Shown one piece after another: positions 63,095 to 64,000 of a DNA stretch of 64,000 bases. The notes beneath the pieces are model-generated. The model was given only the letters and a program-made list of their open reading frames with translations, did no database searches and was not told the origin of the DNA. The stretch's first letter is position 1. The number at the start of each line of letters is the position of its first letter. The position numbers and the translations under genes are program-made. The stretch lies in IMG/VR virus record IMGVR_UViG_3300034126_000013. One strand, 5' to 3'. Source of the stretch: a virus. Lineage: Duplodnaviria > Heunggongvirae > Uroviricota > Caudoviricetes.

Positions 63095-64000
63095 TTAACT
63101 CAAAGGTGAGCGATTTGTTAGGTTGACAGAGCTAAGCGCTCGTGCCATATTAGGGATGACGGTTCGTTGAGCCAAGATCGATGTGGCGTCAGAGATGGCG
63201 TCTACACAGTCATCGTGACCTGATTCGCCGCTACGCTTCTTGCCAGTGAAACCTTCCAATTCCCGATAAAGGAAACTGTTGTTGCTATCAATGTTGTTCT
63301 CAAGATCAGTTGCACACCCTTTAAGGAACTGCACATGACCGTTCATAGCAAGAGACGAGAAAGGACGGAATCGATCCAGTTTGGACTGAGTTGCTTTCAT
63401 TGTTCTTACACGATATCCTTGTTCCGACAACGAGCGAGTCAAAAGGCTTGTTGCAACCTTTGCGCTAGCACCGGGATCGAGTGGGATAATAATCTCGCAA
63501 TCACGACCATCTTGTTGAGCATTCTCAACAATGAACTTTTCCCAGTCACCGAACAGGATGCGACATCTACGAACATCATGAACGAAGTAATTACCGTTCT
63601 TCAATTTGCTAATCTTTGCACATGCTGTATAGTCAGGACTTGGGTTACCAGAAGACTTTAATGTACCGGCGAAGTCATATGCACGAACAGTACGAACAAT
63701 CTCAGAAGCTGGTGGCTCTGTTAGAGCTTCTTCACCACACCATGAACGCTGGAAGTAGGTCGAGCCTTCTTCACGTGCTGTCCAGTCTCCGAGGAGCAGA
63801 CGACGCATCTCAACTTCAGGTAGTGCTTCAAGGTTCGACTTGTATTCAGGCTGCATCTTCATTAGCGTTGGGTTATCAACAAGAGTACCCAGCAACACTT
63901 GAAACGCAATTGGATTAACTTCTGCATCCGGCCTGCTGTACTTATCAACTAACTCTTCACGAGTGTCGCCCCATACCATGTCACCACCAATACGAAGACA
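63095..64000 (-). CDS. terminase large subunit, C-terminal (nuclease) part; gene continues beyond window edge
   Basis: Open frame to window end; RNase-H-like acidic motifs (..CEIIIPLDPGA.., ..DDCVDAISDA..); immediately upstream of portal. Confidence 0.6.
   Translation of the reverse strand, partial: CLRIGGDMVWGDTREELVDKYSRPDAEVNPIAFQVLLGTLVDNPTLMKMQPEYKSNLEALPEVEMRRLLLGDWTAREEGSTYFQRSWCGEEALTEPPASEIVRTVRAYDFAGTLKSSGNPSPDYTACAKISKLKNGNYFVHDVRRCRILFGDWEKFIVENAQQDGRDCEIIIPLDPGASAKVATSLLTRSLSEQGYRVRTMKATQSKLDRFRPFSSLAMNGHVQFLKGCATDLENNIDSNNSFLYRELEGFTGKKRSGESGHDDCVDAISDATSILAQRTVIPNMARALSSVNLTNRSPLS

Noticed and set aside
1-64000. tRNA genes, CRISPR arrays, integrase/att sites
   Set aside because: No GTTCGAATC/T-loop-like motifs with matching acceptor stems were seen in intergenic regions. 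No repeat-spacer arrays. No tyrosine/serine recombinase-like ORF. The non-coding hub at 440-1360 was checked specifically for tRNA-like cloverleafs and none found.

Overview
This 64 kb window looks like a contiguous piece of a large tailed dsDNA phage genome (siphovirus-type tail), compactly coded and almost entirely on the minus strand. I saw no tRNA, rRNA, CRISPR, integrase or transposase.

Read in the direction of transcription (high to low coordinate), the layout is as follows.

(1) 64000->39696 is a morphogenesis module:
- large terminase (C-terminal part only), portal, a gpC/Nu3-like protease-scaffold fusion, decoration protein, major capsid protein and head-tail joining proteins;
- major tail protein, and G/T tail chaperones with a canonical GGGAAAC -1 frameshift site;
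- a 1339-aa tape-measure protein, then lambda-like M-L-K-I-J tail-tip genes recognised by direct sequence similarity to lambda gpM/L/K/I/J;
- four fibre-like genes, including a lambda Stf-like side tail fibre.

(2) 39681->37977 is a lysis cassette: SAR-type T4-lysozyme endolysin, two-TMD holin, overlapping i-/o-spanins and an extra TM/coiled-coil protein.

(3) 33935->37933 is the only plus-strand block. It is driven from a back-to-back divergent promoter and closed by a bidirectional terminator. It carries a compact UvrD-family SF1 helicase with an atypical P-loop and many tiny translationally coupled ORFs.

(4) 33521->9407 is a replication and nucleotide-metabolism region:
- an SPFH lipoprotein with a small membrane partner;
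- T7-like primase-helicase, family-B proofreading DNA polymerase, SSB with an E. coli-SSB-like DDDVPF tip, FEN-type 5'-3' exonuclease, HNH endonuclease and a DEDD 3'-5' exonuclease;
- MazG, a separate dATP/dGTP-diphosphohydrolase-N-like protein, a divergent ThyX-like protein, NrdH and NrdBA.

(5) 9328->6412 is an unexpected second tail-fibre cassette with its own promoter and terminator.

(6) 6308->4 is a run of small early genes, followed by a roughly 900 bp non-coding hub with duplicated promoters and direct repeats.

Expression appears to rely on host RNA polymerase. About a dozen near-consensus sigma70 promoters (TTGACA-N16/17-TAGAAT, several with a conserved CTGTAGA start region) and intrinsic terminators punctuate the operons.

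I read the sequence by eye, and several spot checks against the ORF track were off by one nucleotide. Coordinates for elements not in the ORF track (promoters, terminators, hairpins, repeats and sub-60-aa ORFs) are therefore approximate to about +/-2 nt. The ORF track appears to allow TTG/GTG starts, so several listed starts were moved to internal ATGs that have an RBS.
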